The translations under genes and the position numbers were made by a program. From assembly GCA_002633005.1 (NCBI GenBank), contig NMRA01000121.1, positions 1 to 36,959 on the forward strand: DNA of 36,959 bases, read 5' to 3'. Below are positions 1 to 10,701 of this stretch, in pieces. Position 1 is the stretch's first letter. Every line of letters begins with the position of its first letter. Under the pieces are notes generated by a model. That model ran no database searches. It saw only the letters and a list, made by a program, of their open reading frames with translations, and had not been told where the DNA came from. Source of the stretch: Phoronis australis (taxonomy: Eukaryota > Animalia > Phoronida).

Positions 1-5
1 CATTG

Positions 6-815
6 TGACATGTGAAAAAGGGAAGGTAAGGATGGTGAATGAGCAGGGGCAAGGAATTGACTAGTTGGCTGCTTGACTTTAAATTCAACCCAAGAGAAAA
101 TGTTGATCAAACATGGCTATCAAGACCATAGCCTACTTTACGTATTCTTCAAAGTAACTGACAGACACATCTCTTGCTAAAACTGAAGTTCATTCACCGT
201 CCTGAGGCTTAAGGGCAATGCAGCATTTTTTTCTCAATACTCACAATTCACTTGTGTTCTGGTGGGAAAAGTCTTCTGCCAGAATTTATGTTTGATCTAC
301 TTGCATTTTATGCTGCATCCAGTGGTGGTTCCTTTTTTCACAAATTGTAAAATTATGGATTCCTTGTTATCACTAGCAATAAATGTCTCCAATAGGAAAG
401 GATAAAGGGACCAATCCAAAAGCAGGAAAAGGGGGGTCCATATTCTCACTTTAATATTACATTTAACGAGTGAAATACCGTTTATGTCCAAATTCAGCCC
501 CAAAATATCGCAATCAATAAACTGGGTTTATCATAATGACAGAGCCTGTAAAATAAACCATTCCGTATAGTTTGAGGAAGCAAAGGGCTAAAAATAAGTG
601 AACCTATAAATGCAGAAACTGTCATGCATTGAATTATTGAATTTTGAGAATTTCAGTAACTAGCATTTCACGAAAGGAAATGAATTAATACAGACACTAT
701 GTTACACAGAACATAAACCTAAAAAGAATTAGAAAATTGAAATCTAAAGTGCATGAAATCTACATAGATCTGAGTAATTGTTTGACAAGTGAAAAAGGGA
801 AGGTAGGAATGGTGA
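6..815. repeat. 33-nt imperfect direct repeat pair (6-38 and 783-815)
   Basis: TGACATGTGAAAAAGGGAAGGTAAGGATGGTGA vs TGACAAGTGAAAAAGGGAAGGTAGGAATGGTGA, 777 nt apart. Confidence 0.7.
297..503 (-). pseudogene. possible decayed CACTA/EnSpm-like transposase fragment
   Basis: GLNLDINGISLVK...IWTP loosely resembles the LxxNxDGxPLFKS...WP motif of EnSpm-type transposases; weak. Confidence 0.2.
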
Positions 816-1221
816 CCATAGTATATAAAATCGAGTAATTTTTTCACAACAGCTTTCTGTCATCAAGCACTGAATTAGCATGCACTGACCCGACCTTGGT
901 GCCCAGCATTGAAAACTGGTAATGCTGGCTTCTCAACATTTGCACTCACGAATACTCCAACAGCATTACAAATTCTATATAATGAGACATACCAGTTTTA
1001 TATAAGCATTGGTTAGGATGAGAAACGAAACACATGGCAACTCGCCTGGCGCCAATCAAGAGCTCGTGCGACGAAGACTTCACGGGTCGGATCATTAGGT
1101 TTCACAGGCTGGCAGTTCAGTGTATTCTGGTTCGAACTGACGGCCTGATGATCCGACCCGTGATCAAGAAATACTAGAGGCACCGTGAACAAGCACAGGC
1201 AACGACAAGGATGGATAGTTC
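813..1221 (+). mobile_element. internal fragment of the Kolobok-type element family
   Basis: Colinear similarity to 24751-25140 (TGACCATAG.ATATAAAATCGAGT ... CAGTTTTATATAAGCATTGGTTAGG ... GATCAAGAAATA ... ATGGATAGTTC). Confidence 0.8.
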
Positions 1222-1240
1222 TTTGGTAAGCCGAAGGCTT

Positions 1241-1419
1241 TGATTGGTCGCCTTCCTTTTAATCGACCAATCAGAGCATTCATTTCAAATCGACCAATCA
1301 GAGCCTTAGATTCAGCTGACCAAACAGATTCTTCCTTTCAATTGACCAATCAGATTCTTCGATTCAATCGACCAATCAGAGCCTTTTAATCGACCAATCA
1401 GAACACACACACACACACA
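1241..1419. repeat. tandem array of GACCAATCAGA (CCAAT-box) units followed by (CA)n
   Basis: Five perfect GACCAATCAGA units, one variant and one inverted copy at 22-27 nt spacing, then a CA microsatellite at about 1403-1419. Confidence 0.85.
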
Positions 1420-1477
1420 AAGCAACACTCAAAATGTCCAGCCACCCTAGCGGGCACTACTTATTAATGTGGGCGGT

Positions 1478-1675
1478 AAATTCAGCAGTGGCTCAAAAGT
1501 GAATTCAACCGTGCCTGGGTGAGGTACAGATCAACCGTCTCTTAGGTGTGTACATTCGGCCGAGGATCAAAAGTAAATCCAACCGTAACTCAAAAATATT
1601 GAGAGTAAAATTAACCGTGGCTCAAAAATCACCGGGTGCAAAATCAGTCGTGACTCAAAAAACTGTTGAGTGCAT
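1478..1675 (+). repeat. degenerate AAATTCAACCGTGGCTCAAAA sub-repeat element; second copy near 35829-35880
   Basis: Several variants of the unit; both copies end in GACTCAAA.AACT.TTGAGTGC. Confidence 0.55.
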
Positions 1676-1818
1676 ACCAGGCATCTATAATCTGTCGGTA
1701 ATTTCCAGCTTCATGTTTCTCTGTGGGTAGCTGCTGAAACTGCACAACATTCTTTGTCATTCGAATTTTGCCTCTGTAATAACGTTTTCTTTGTCTTTGA
1801 AGGATCATTTTTGTAGAC

Positions 1819-2092
1819 ATGTCATGGCTATATTAGGCCCTAGTAACGGGGCTATTACTGTTTGGCGTTAGTTCAGTGCCTACACCTATGATTTCAGAAC
1901 TAACATGTAGAGTGGTCGGCGGAGATCACGTTTCACCGATTGGCTTGAGTGTTGGTTTTAAGGTGAAATATGGAGCGTCGGTGCGCTATAGATGCGACCG
2001 AAAATGGATGCGCAACTACGTCGCCGAGTTTGTCGTTAAGTGCGTCGGACTGGATATGTACAATGATACCACTGACTTGAGTTGTCGAAATG
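1819..2092 (+). CDS. Gene 1 exon 1: signal peptide (with TAG 1834-1836) plus 4-Cys sushi-like module 1
   Basis: TTTTGTAG|AC ATG; MSWLY*ALVTGLLLFGVSSVPTPMISELTC...VRYRCDRKW...VKC...LSCRN; donor G|GTGAG. An alternative acceptor TTTCAG ends at 1897. Confidence 0.75.
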
Positions 2093-5000
2093 GTGAGGAA
2101 AAGCGTGGTCCCCTAAGATGATTGTTTGATACGGAACTTTAAGCAGCTACATCATGATGTTTTAACATGTAGCTGCTTAAAGTTCCGTAAAACACAAACA
2201 ATAAACGCTGAGGTCTGGCAAGGCCTGTCGTTTTCAGTCACGAAGGATAATTTTTTGTTGTTGTTTTGAAAGTATATTGCAGCACTGAGCAGACTTTTTA
2301 TGAACGCCGGGGAACCCTAGACCACCTTCTCAGTCTAAGCTTGTGATGTGACTGTCATTTTCAGGAGTCCCGGAATTTGATAACCAGTTTGTTGCCCATT
2401 TTCATCATTGCACAAATCTGGATCTCACTATGCGAGACCCCTGTGAGCGACTGCTACCCCTTTATCTATATCTAACTCGTAATAACGACAATAATTTCAG
2501 AAATCAAATGCAGAGTGCTGACTGGTCCCCACGTGAGCACCGTTGACGATGTCTTATCCAGATCAGTTACGTACGGCAGAACGGTAATCTATCGGTGCGA
2601 CAGAGGATGGGCGAGAAACCGCGTTGTTGATTTCGCATTGCCGTGTGACGAATCTTTTTTAGAAATTGATTCAGACAACTTTGGATGCTTGGAAGGTAAA
2701 GCCTCGCTGTGAATATGATAGTTAATAATTTAGAATTAAAGTTTTGAATAACTGCATCTTCAGTTTTAAAGATTCCTGTGAGAAATTTTATTATGAAAAG
2801 TTCCGTTACCTTCCGTTCTGAAGTCGACCAGCTAAGTCAATGAGTTGCGGTGCTCTATTTTTGTGGGAATTACAATTCCCCGTACGTTTTTCAAATTCAC
2901 CCCAGCAATCAGTTATCATCCTTACCAAAGGTTGTACCAAAGAACAAAAAGCAAATTGTGGACAAACAAATTTTCAAAGTCCTTAAATTAGTTAATTTAT
3001 AAAATGTTCATTTTCTGGAACCACTGTTCTAATTCAGTTGTGTGACATTGTTTCTATTTTTTTCAAGAAACATGCAGCCTTTCTCTAAATAGAAGTCATG
3101 GTCTGACAGCTTTTGCTCTTAGAAATGACAAGTGGCAACTCGTTGATTTTGACAAAAAGATGGAGTTGTTCGACGGCGAAAAGTTATTAGTACGGTGTGA
3201 GCCATCCTATTCACTCGCCCAACCTTGTCCCACTACCAACAGCACAAGAGAATGTGCGGACACGTGCAGTGGAGGGTCATTGACGCTGGACTATAATAAA
3301 ACTGTCTGCGAAGGTTTGTTTAATTCATTCCGTGTGTTACACGTGCACTTTTTCTCACATTAATAATACACGTGAAATCGCTTCGATACACAACACGAAA
3401 CGAGCTCTGTCCGTTTCAGGCAGTTATAGAAGGCATAGTTGTTAGACGGTTAAGTCTCCCAATATTTGCCAACACTTTTGCCACGACATGAATATGTTCT
3501 TGCTTTATTTTCACATTAGGCAACACTTTAACAATGATAGACTCCAATGCATACAGTATACGCACCTCGTGAAAAGGCAACAGTGCCGTCTAGAATGCAG
3601 TTTATATCCAGCAAACTACATCCTGTCCGTTAATTTAAAAAAAAAATGTATAACTGTATTTTAGTCTGGTGGTGTCAGCCGCGATTATAGGAAACCACAT
3701 GCTGCAATTGGGGAGACGGAGCGACAGCAGGAGGTGCTGTGCAATAATTTTAACTACTCACCAGTCTGAAAATACTGTACTTACTTGTAAACAGGTCACG
3801 TGTCTACCTTCTGGTGGGACTGTAATTCATCCATTTTTTCAGTTATACACTTTGTTCGTAAAACAAGACTCCCTAACGGACTACATGTCTACATTTTATT
3901 GTGACTGTAGAGTGTGGTCAAAGATTCCTTCAAACGCATTGTGTAAGGTTTCAGCTACATGCGTCTTTGTGATGAAAAAGCAGCGACGTTTACATTTCCT
4001 GGAGTTCCCCTGAATCGCTGTTGTTGGACATGTCAAATGTACCGTTTCAACCCTCTAGGATTGCTCTGTGTCCTAACGGGCGGTGAGAATGCCTTTCCTT
4101 CAACCCGAGCTGTAGGCGACCACATTCGAGTGAAGGAAACTGTCGAGTATGCTTGCAGTCATCGATGGTCCCGCAAGGGTGAAAGGTTCTTCAGAGTCAC
4201 GTGTGTTTACTTGGACAATAATCGCACAAGTTTATATCCGAACGACATAGAATGCCGAGACGGTACTTCTTTTAGTGATGACACGTATCCTTACACCATT
4301 GCACTCATAAATATGTAGTTGCTGAAGAATGCAACAGATAGTTCTGACAAAGCCAGTTTGGCCATGACCACGCTTACGAAGTATCCGTTGTGAAGTCCCA
4401 TAAGTGCTAAAAATCAGAATATGATCTGTGACAAAACTTTATGAGACTAAATCTCACCGTTGTATCTACCATTTTCAGTGATATTTTGTTTAAATTTGAG
4501 CCGACGTTTAAATTCAATTATTACATCCTGAAATACCACAGCGCACTCTTTGATTCTGTGGTATACTTGCACAAGTGTGTGCGTATGTAAGGTACAATGC
4601 TCCACGTTATTTGTCTACTTCATAAATTGCAGCTTTACAATTTCTGGGTCAGTTTTGAAGCTTAAAAAAACGAACAGTGGCTATTTGTTGTACAATAAAT
4701 ACGAATTCACCCAATGGTAACACAAAAACGGGTAGAACGAGCGTTTTAGTGAAGCCAGGCAAGGTTAATTTGTTACACGAGACAACCAAACCAAGAGAGG
4801 AAGTCCACGCTCAGCATGCTGTTGTATTGCAAGTTCACAGCAGAAAATGTGTACAGTTGAGATGTGCACAAGCTCAACTAAACCAGGGCAGCTGCGTTCA
4901 TCGGGTGGGTCTCCAAAATTCGCGATATTCACCTATCATAGAATCCGTTTCAATTCTGGCCAAATCTTTGTAAAATCTCAACGGGCGTTACACTATACAT

Positions 5001-7333
5001 GTCGAAATCGCGACAGTTACAGCGTAGGTCCATCCATAAGTAAATAACAACAAGGCGCCATAACGTCCATTAACTTTTTTAACAGAACGCTATACCATTG
5101 CGACAAAAGATCAACTTAAGTGCCAAATAACTCTAACATTAACAGGCCTGTTATCCAAGTTTGGCAGAGTTCTGCAGAGGTATGCCTAATTTATTTTTTA
5201 AAACTACTGTGCTTTGTCTTCTTGTACTAGAAAATCATTCAGTCTAGATTTTTTTTTTGTAGAATCACCCCTCTCCGAATGCGAGGTCTCGATTCGCAAA
5301 CAACCGGGATTGCAAGTGTTCCAAGGCTTCATGGGGCAGTGGACTGAACTGTCATTAAGTTCTACCGTAAAGTATTCTATTGTCGTGCACCGGGTCCAAC
5401 AGTTTGATGACATCATGTTTAAATGCCAACCTGGTTATAAAAATATTATTCCGTGCATGTCGACCAAAGATCACCAGCCATTCTGCACGTTGGGATGCAT
5501 TGGAACCGAGATTAACTTGGACATCGACATTTGTAGAGGTAAAGTAACACCCATCATGTTATGGGATTATGAGGTTATGAGGTTATCATCGCATCTGCAA
5601 ATACGACCTCACAAAGTTATCATGTTGTTTTTCGACGTTTAGAATCTTGGAAGGAGTGATATAGTGAAAAGTGCATTGTCTATCGTTATAATCAGCGGCA
5701 ACATTAATTATTTTATTTCAAATGGCTGTTTAGCATATTTTATACAAGTCCAGATAGAGCGCGCAGGTATCCTAATCGATTTCTCTGACACCTCATTTCG
5801 AAACTGGTGTGTTTTAATGACTCCTAAACCAGTTCGTGTACACATTCTTCCTGAAAGGTTCGACTTTAATTTAAGCTTAGTGTATCTCTGTCAGATCTGG
5901 TATGCTCTTTCGCAGCGACCACGTGTGGGGTGGTACCTCTTATCCACCCAAGGAATGATGTCTAGAACAATTCACATTGAATGTGCTTGTATGAAAATTG
6001 GCAATACAGTTCCAATGTCTACTGATTAAGTTCGACATTTTAGTCAGCCACTGTCTGGTAAAAGTTCAGAGTGGTGCACGTTACAAATGGGTGGCGAGAA
6101 ACTCCGCCAACGAGACTGTTCCATTAGACGCGGAAGTCACGTGGACTTGTAACGTGGGATACGTGTGGCCTGACCACGTGGTGCAGAAAACAACTACCTG
6201 TAGTTCAGATGGCTTACTTCATCCGCAGCCCTGCCAACCGTTACCAGGTAATTTTTCAGCCTTTTGGTTGACCCTGTTGCACCAAAGTTAGGCAAAGTCA
6301 AGGATGATATGCATCCGGAGTGTAAATGTTCACTGCTAATATATTTACATGTAGTAATATTATGTCATCATTTTTAACCGTCAAACCACAATAGCGTGAC
6401 ATTGAAAACTATACCATGAATTTTGATATAGTACTTCTACGAACAAACGAAACCCGATTGGTGCAGGAAAGCATCCCTAAGTGTCACTAAAGTTATCAGT
6501 TTTGATCATAAGAAGAACCGTTGAAATGCAGTAGTTTGAAAGTATACTGGAAAACGTCGAAATTTGGCAAACTTTTGGCGCGCAAAATCGCGACTAAATA
6601 CGTATTCCTTTTCGAAAAGTTTTTCAATTCTGGCTAAATCGAGACGGATTTGATCCATGCACGTTGTAGAAATAGCGACAAAATAATGCGCCAATCTGTC
6701 CATTATTAGCTACGCTCAATACACACGTTTACTTAACCTCCGACGAAAGTTCGACAAAAACGTTACTTTATCGTGAAAAAAAGTTGTCTAAACCGCCAGA
6801 TAAATAAGGAAAGAAGTTTCTCCAGGTTTGGTACAGTCTTGTTGAGGTCTTTCGAAGTCTCTCTTGTTCATTTTAAAAACTATAATAGTATTTCACTCGT
6901 TATTGACGGCTTCACTGGAAGTCTTTATAGTTGCTCAACTACCCAAAAAGTGCGTCCAAGCTGGTTTTTGAACTGCATGGCCTATTATGACATTGTGGTC
7001 AGCAGTAGGTTTTCAAAGGAGCCCCACTTACCTCAGGTTATTAGTAAGGGAAGCAGGAGTACTCTGTAGGGGTCAGGTATGTTTAGAATAGACCACGAGT
7101 AGACCATACTGAAGGAAGCATTTTTACAATTAACAGTTTCAGATGGACCCAAAACCACTAAGGTCACAGAGACAGTGACATCACCTTACCAAAGTAATTT
7201 AAATCATTCATCAATCAACGTGGAAAAGGCTAAAGCGAAAGGCATCTCGTCCGCAACACCAGTTGCTAGCACTGCCACGGCTGTACTTCTTACAATCGTG
7301 ACGAACATTGCTCTGTTGAGAGCCATTGGATGA
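1819..7333 (+). CDS. Gene 1 (whole model): GPI-anchored protein with six divergent sushi/CCP-like modules, about 529 codons, in-frame TAG at codon 6
   Basis: Exons 1819-2092, 2501-2695, 3068-3313, 4059-4262, 5263-5538, 6044-6247, 7143-7333; all introns GT-AG and phase 1; summed length 1590 nt keeps frame to TGA at 7331-7333. Confidence 0.8.
2130..2189. repeat. perfect 23-bp inverted repeat (hairpin / minimal MITE) in gene 1 intron 1
   Basis: TACGGAACTTTAAGCAGCTACAT (2130-2152) and its exact reverse complement (2167-2189), 14-nt loop. Confidence 0.9.
2501..2695 (+). CDS. Gene 1 exon 2: 4-Cys sushi-like module 2
   Basis: TTTCAG| EIKCRVLTGPH...VIYRCDRGWARN...LPC...GCLE |GTAAA; 195 nt, paralogous to module 1. 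Confidence 0.85.
3068..3313 (+). CDS. Gene 1 exon 3: 6-Cys sushi-like module 3
   Basis: Polypyrimidine tract + AAG acceptor; ETCSLSLN...VRCEPSY...PC...EC...TC...VCE |GTTTGT; 246 nt. Confidence 0.8.
4059..4262 (+). CDS. Gene 1 exon 4: 4-Cys sushi-like module 4
   Basis: CCCTCTAG| GLLCVLTGGEN...VEYACSHRWSR...RVTC...IECRD |GTACT; 204 nt. Confidence 0.8.
5263..5538 (+). CDS. Gene 1 exon 5: 6-Cys sushi-like module 5
   Basis: Poly-T + GTAG acceptor; SECEVSI...FKCQPGY...PC...FC...GC...DICR |GTAAAG; 276 nt, paralogous to module 3. Confidence 0.85.
6044..6247 (+). CDS. Gene 1 exon 6: most canonical sushi/CCP module
   Basis: TTTTAG| VSHC...VTWTCNVGY...TTTCSSDG...QPCQP |GTAAT; 204 nt. Confidence 0.85.
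7143..7333 (+). CDS. Gene 1 last exon: Ser/Thr-rich stalk and GPI-anchor-like signal
   Basis: TTTCAG| DGPKTTKVTETVTSP...KGISSATPVASTATAVLLTIVTNIALLRAIG*; small residues followed by a hydrophobic C-terminus with no cytoplasmic tail. Absent from the ORF track because it has no start codon. Confidence 0.75.
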
Positions 7334-9610
7334 TCGTATGAGCGTGTTATCCTGTATATCACAGAAGATCAAAGTGAAGTGTTACGTGAACTACTTCATT
7401 TGAAGATTCTTTCTATTCCATCTTTGGTAATGTTATCACGCAAGTAGTTGTACCCCCATACGTGACCAAAATTGATTTGGGATGTAGCAGTTGCTCGGTT
7501 ATTGAAACGGAAGATAGTCAGTCACAAGATATTAAACTTCATTAATTCCCGTTTGTCACATACCAGCCTTTCTGGTTCTACATCTAAAATTTCGACAGTT
7601 ACATTCGTAAGGAGTCATCTGCTCAGATGTATAGCATCTTTCCAGGCACCATAGTCCTTTCCTCAGTCATTTATGAATGTGGTCAACAATGGCCACCACA
7701 GTACCATCTTGCGTCCGATGTCAACCAAAACAGGTTTTGAGTCATTTACAAAGCGCATACTGTGCGCAAATTTTATGGATACTGCGTGAAAACAAAACAA
7801 TTATGACAAAGCAATAAAACAGGAGAAATTTCGTTTCTTCTTGTAATAATAGCGCTGAAGACGACGATGCCGGATCCAACAGTGTTTTAAACGTGGATCA
7901 TAAAAGATGAAGTCAAAGTTGCATATACTGACGACGCCATTGGCGTGAAACCACCGCCAAAACTGATAATGCAACAAACGGCGACAATCTTGTAACAAAA
8001 TGCTTTCCACTCCGACTAGGCCAATGACAATGTTATCGCAAACACCAAAGACAACACTGGAAACCTGAGGAATGATCAACCTATAAAAGAAAGGTAGTCA
8101 GAGATCTCGAATGACTTCAAAATGGTCAGTCGCAGTGAAGAATTTTAACAACTTAAATTAAACATTGAAAAATGGCCATCACGTTGCCACCTTCCGTCCG
8201 ATTCCAATCAACTGAAACTATTCCCGAGATAATGAGAGTTCATATGTTGCGAGCAAATTCAAGTCAGTCGAACGAAAAATATCGTACGTACCATGCAAAT
8301 GATAGAACAGCCTAGAACTCTTGTTCGTCTACTCTGAGCTAGACAACTACAGCATGCTTGCAACGTACGAGTGTTGGCCGTTAGTCACTTTAAAAATCTC
8401 CAGATGGTAAAGTCATAGATGGAAACGGAGGCCACGTCTTGTAGCTTTCGATGAGATCTTTCCATAAACCAAGTTTCAGAAAAGTCCGTCTAAGGACACA
8501 AGAGCTGTGGCACAAATCACCGATCAATAAAAAATGTGTCTTCATAAAATCACGAATAATTCCAGAACAGTAAGTCGTAGTGAGGAAAGGATGACACACT
8601 CCCGACAAGATATCTCTACACAAAATTCAAAACAACTCCTAAAAGAATCCGCAAAGCGAATCGAAGAACTGCCGTCAAAGCGACTCATCTAGTGTTCGCC
8701 GTGTTTCGACCAAAGGCAAAAGGCCTCAAACTATTAATGAGTCGCATGGTACTTGAAATTTCTATGTCGATCGGTCAGTATTGCAAATAACAGGAAATCT
8801 ATAGAACCCGTGACGTTCTTGACTTCTAAGACCAACGGTAAGTCGGGGCAAGAAACTTGTTCTCCACTTGTGTATCTCTTCAGGAGGTCTACCAACTTCA
8901 GAAAGATTTGTCACAGAACGTCAGCGCTTTGGCATGAAAGGTCAATCAATGAAAATAGCAGTCCGGCATTGGAAAATAATGAATAACTCAACAACGGTAG
9001 GTCGTAGCGAGAAACGTATAATACAAACCACGGACTGTTGTTTAATCTTTTTATTCGTCACATAACTGTAAATTCTGTGTGGTCCGTTCTATTCTTATTT
9101 TGAGATAAGCCTTTTGTCTATTATTCTGTTCGAGTACATATTGGCTTACGGAATTTCCTACTGTTTGGAACGCTGCTATCCAACGTAATGTATCTCGCGA
9201 GAGCACAGCGGGACGTTCAACTCTTGAAAAACCTGAAAATTTGAAGAGTATAATGGGCCAAAGACTTCAAAAACCTTACACAAAGATTATTGAAACTGAT
9301 TCCAACGTCAATTTTCCACCTTTTACGACTACCGGAAGTGCAACAGGCTACTTGATAAACTATGTCAAATCAGCAGATTTTACTCCAAAGCCACTATTTT
9401 CATGCGATTTCTAACAACTGAGTGACAGTGCATTCATACTGACACCACTTCCCAGATTCCAGAAATCAGGTGAAAAGTGGGTGTCGACCAGCCAGATTTT
9501 TCACAAATCCAAAGAGTTTGAATGGTACCTGAATTTCTTTCGAAATTTCGACTTCCCTCTTCAAGTAGTAAAGATGAGGAAGTTAATATTATCACTTTAT
9601 CACGTGGTCA

Positions 9611-9832
9611 CTTGTGGGCACCCAGGACGGGGGGCATTTGGTGAAGTGGACAAAAAAGGTCCGTCTCAGAGAAACAAAAACTCCGAAAATGCAGAAAACG
9701 AAACAAAAAACAGGAACTACCAAAATTCCGCGAATGCGCAAATCATGGCTCTGAACGTACCCCGTGAAAGGTTCACATTTTCAAAAAATTCGAGCCCCCA
9801 TCAACCCCAAATTTAGGCTGGGTGCGCTCATA
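9611..9832 (+). mobile_element. MITE family A copy 1 (5-bp TSD GGTCA)
   Basis: Imperfect TIR ..GGGCACCCAG / CTGGGTGCGCTC..; GGTCA on both flanks; colinear with 17383-17582. Confidence 0.7.
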
Positions 9833-10576
9833 GGTCACACTAGCTTCCTTCGCGACATTCTTGCTCTCTACGGAACTCAGTCCATGTGTGCGCTTCGTAG
9901 AAACTGCGAAAATACAAGACTTCGCGAAATATCGCCATGTTTTAAAACCGAAGCGGGTTATTGCACTCGCTCCCTTTGCGAGATTCTTGCGTTTGAAGAA
10001 CTCATCCCAGCAAGGTGGCTGCTCATAGATTAAATTTGATCTTCTGGCATACAAATTGCATGACAATATTTCAGTTGCCTCGTAAGACCCTTGCACACTT
10101 GGAAATTACCGGCAATTCCTTGTTTGTTCATTAAAATGTAATACAGAATTTGTTGAATACACGACACTTTTCATTTTTCACGGTCTTTATTCCGTTGCGT
10201 TCATACTTTCTGAACAAAACTCTACTCTCTACTGAACATAGATACAGTAACTGACCTAGCGACATAATTAAAAAGACACACGATATTTCGATATATAAAA
10301 TGTAATAAGTAGGGAAACGGACCAGGTTTCAAACTGCACTTGAAATCGCACAGAACTCGGAAAACTAGAGCGCTCGTGCACGGGTGCTGTCGTGACATCC
10401 GTGATTGCACATTGCTTAATCCTACGTCAGGAGGCAATAGCCATTCACTCACTAATAGGGGGACATTTATCTATCTAAGGTCGTTTAACTGACCTTGCAA
10501 AAGGTTGAAGGCGTATCCCAGTTATTTATAGAAAAGTTCACCCGGTTCTGGATCATAGAAGGAATGCGGACGTGCG

Positions 10577-10701
10577 TTCAGTAACGCTAGGACCTAGCTA
10601 AAATCTAGCCAAAGTAACGTGTTCTCATTTAAAATATACGGCAGTATCTCACGTAACTCTTGCGAAGTCTTGCTTTTTACTGAGGTCCTAGCGTTACTGA
10701 A
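10577..10701. mobile_element. 125-bp MITE with perfect 19-bp TIR
   Basis: TTCAGTAACGCTAGGACCT ... AGGTCCTAGCGTTACTGAA. Confidence 0.8.

Noticed and set aside
1261-1402. CRISPR-like repeat-spacer pattern
   Set aside because: Intervals are 11-16 nt and similar to one another; an ordinary minisatellite.
1436-1465. Helitron 3' hairpin terminus
   Set aside because: Stem is weak and no CTRR end follows.
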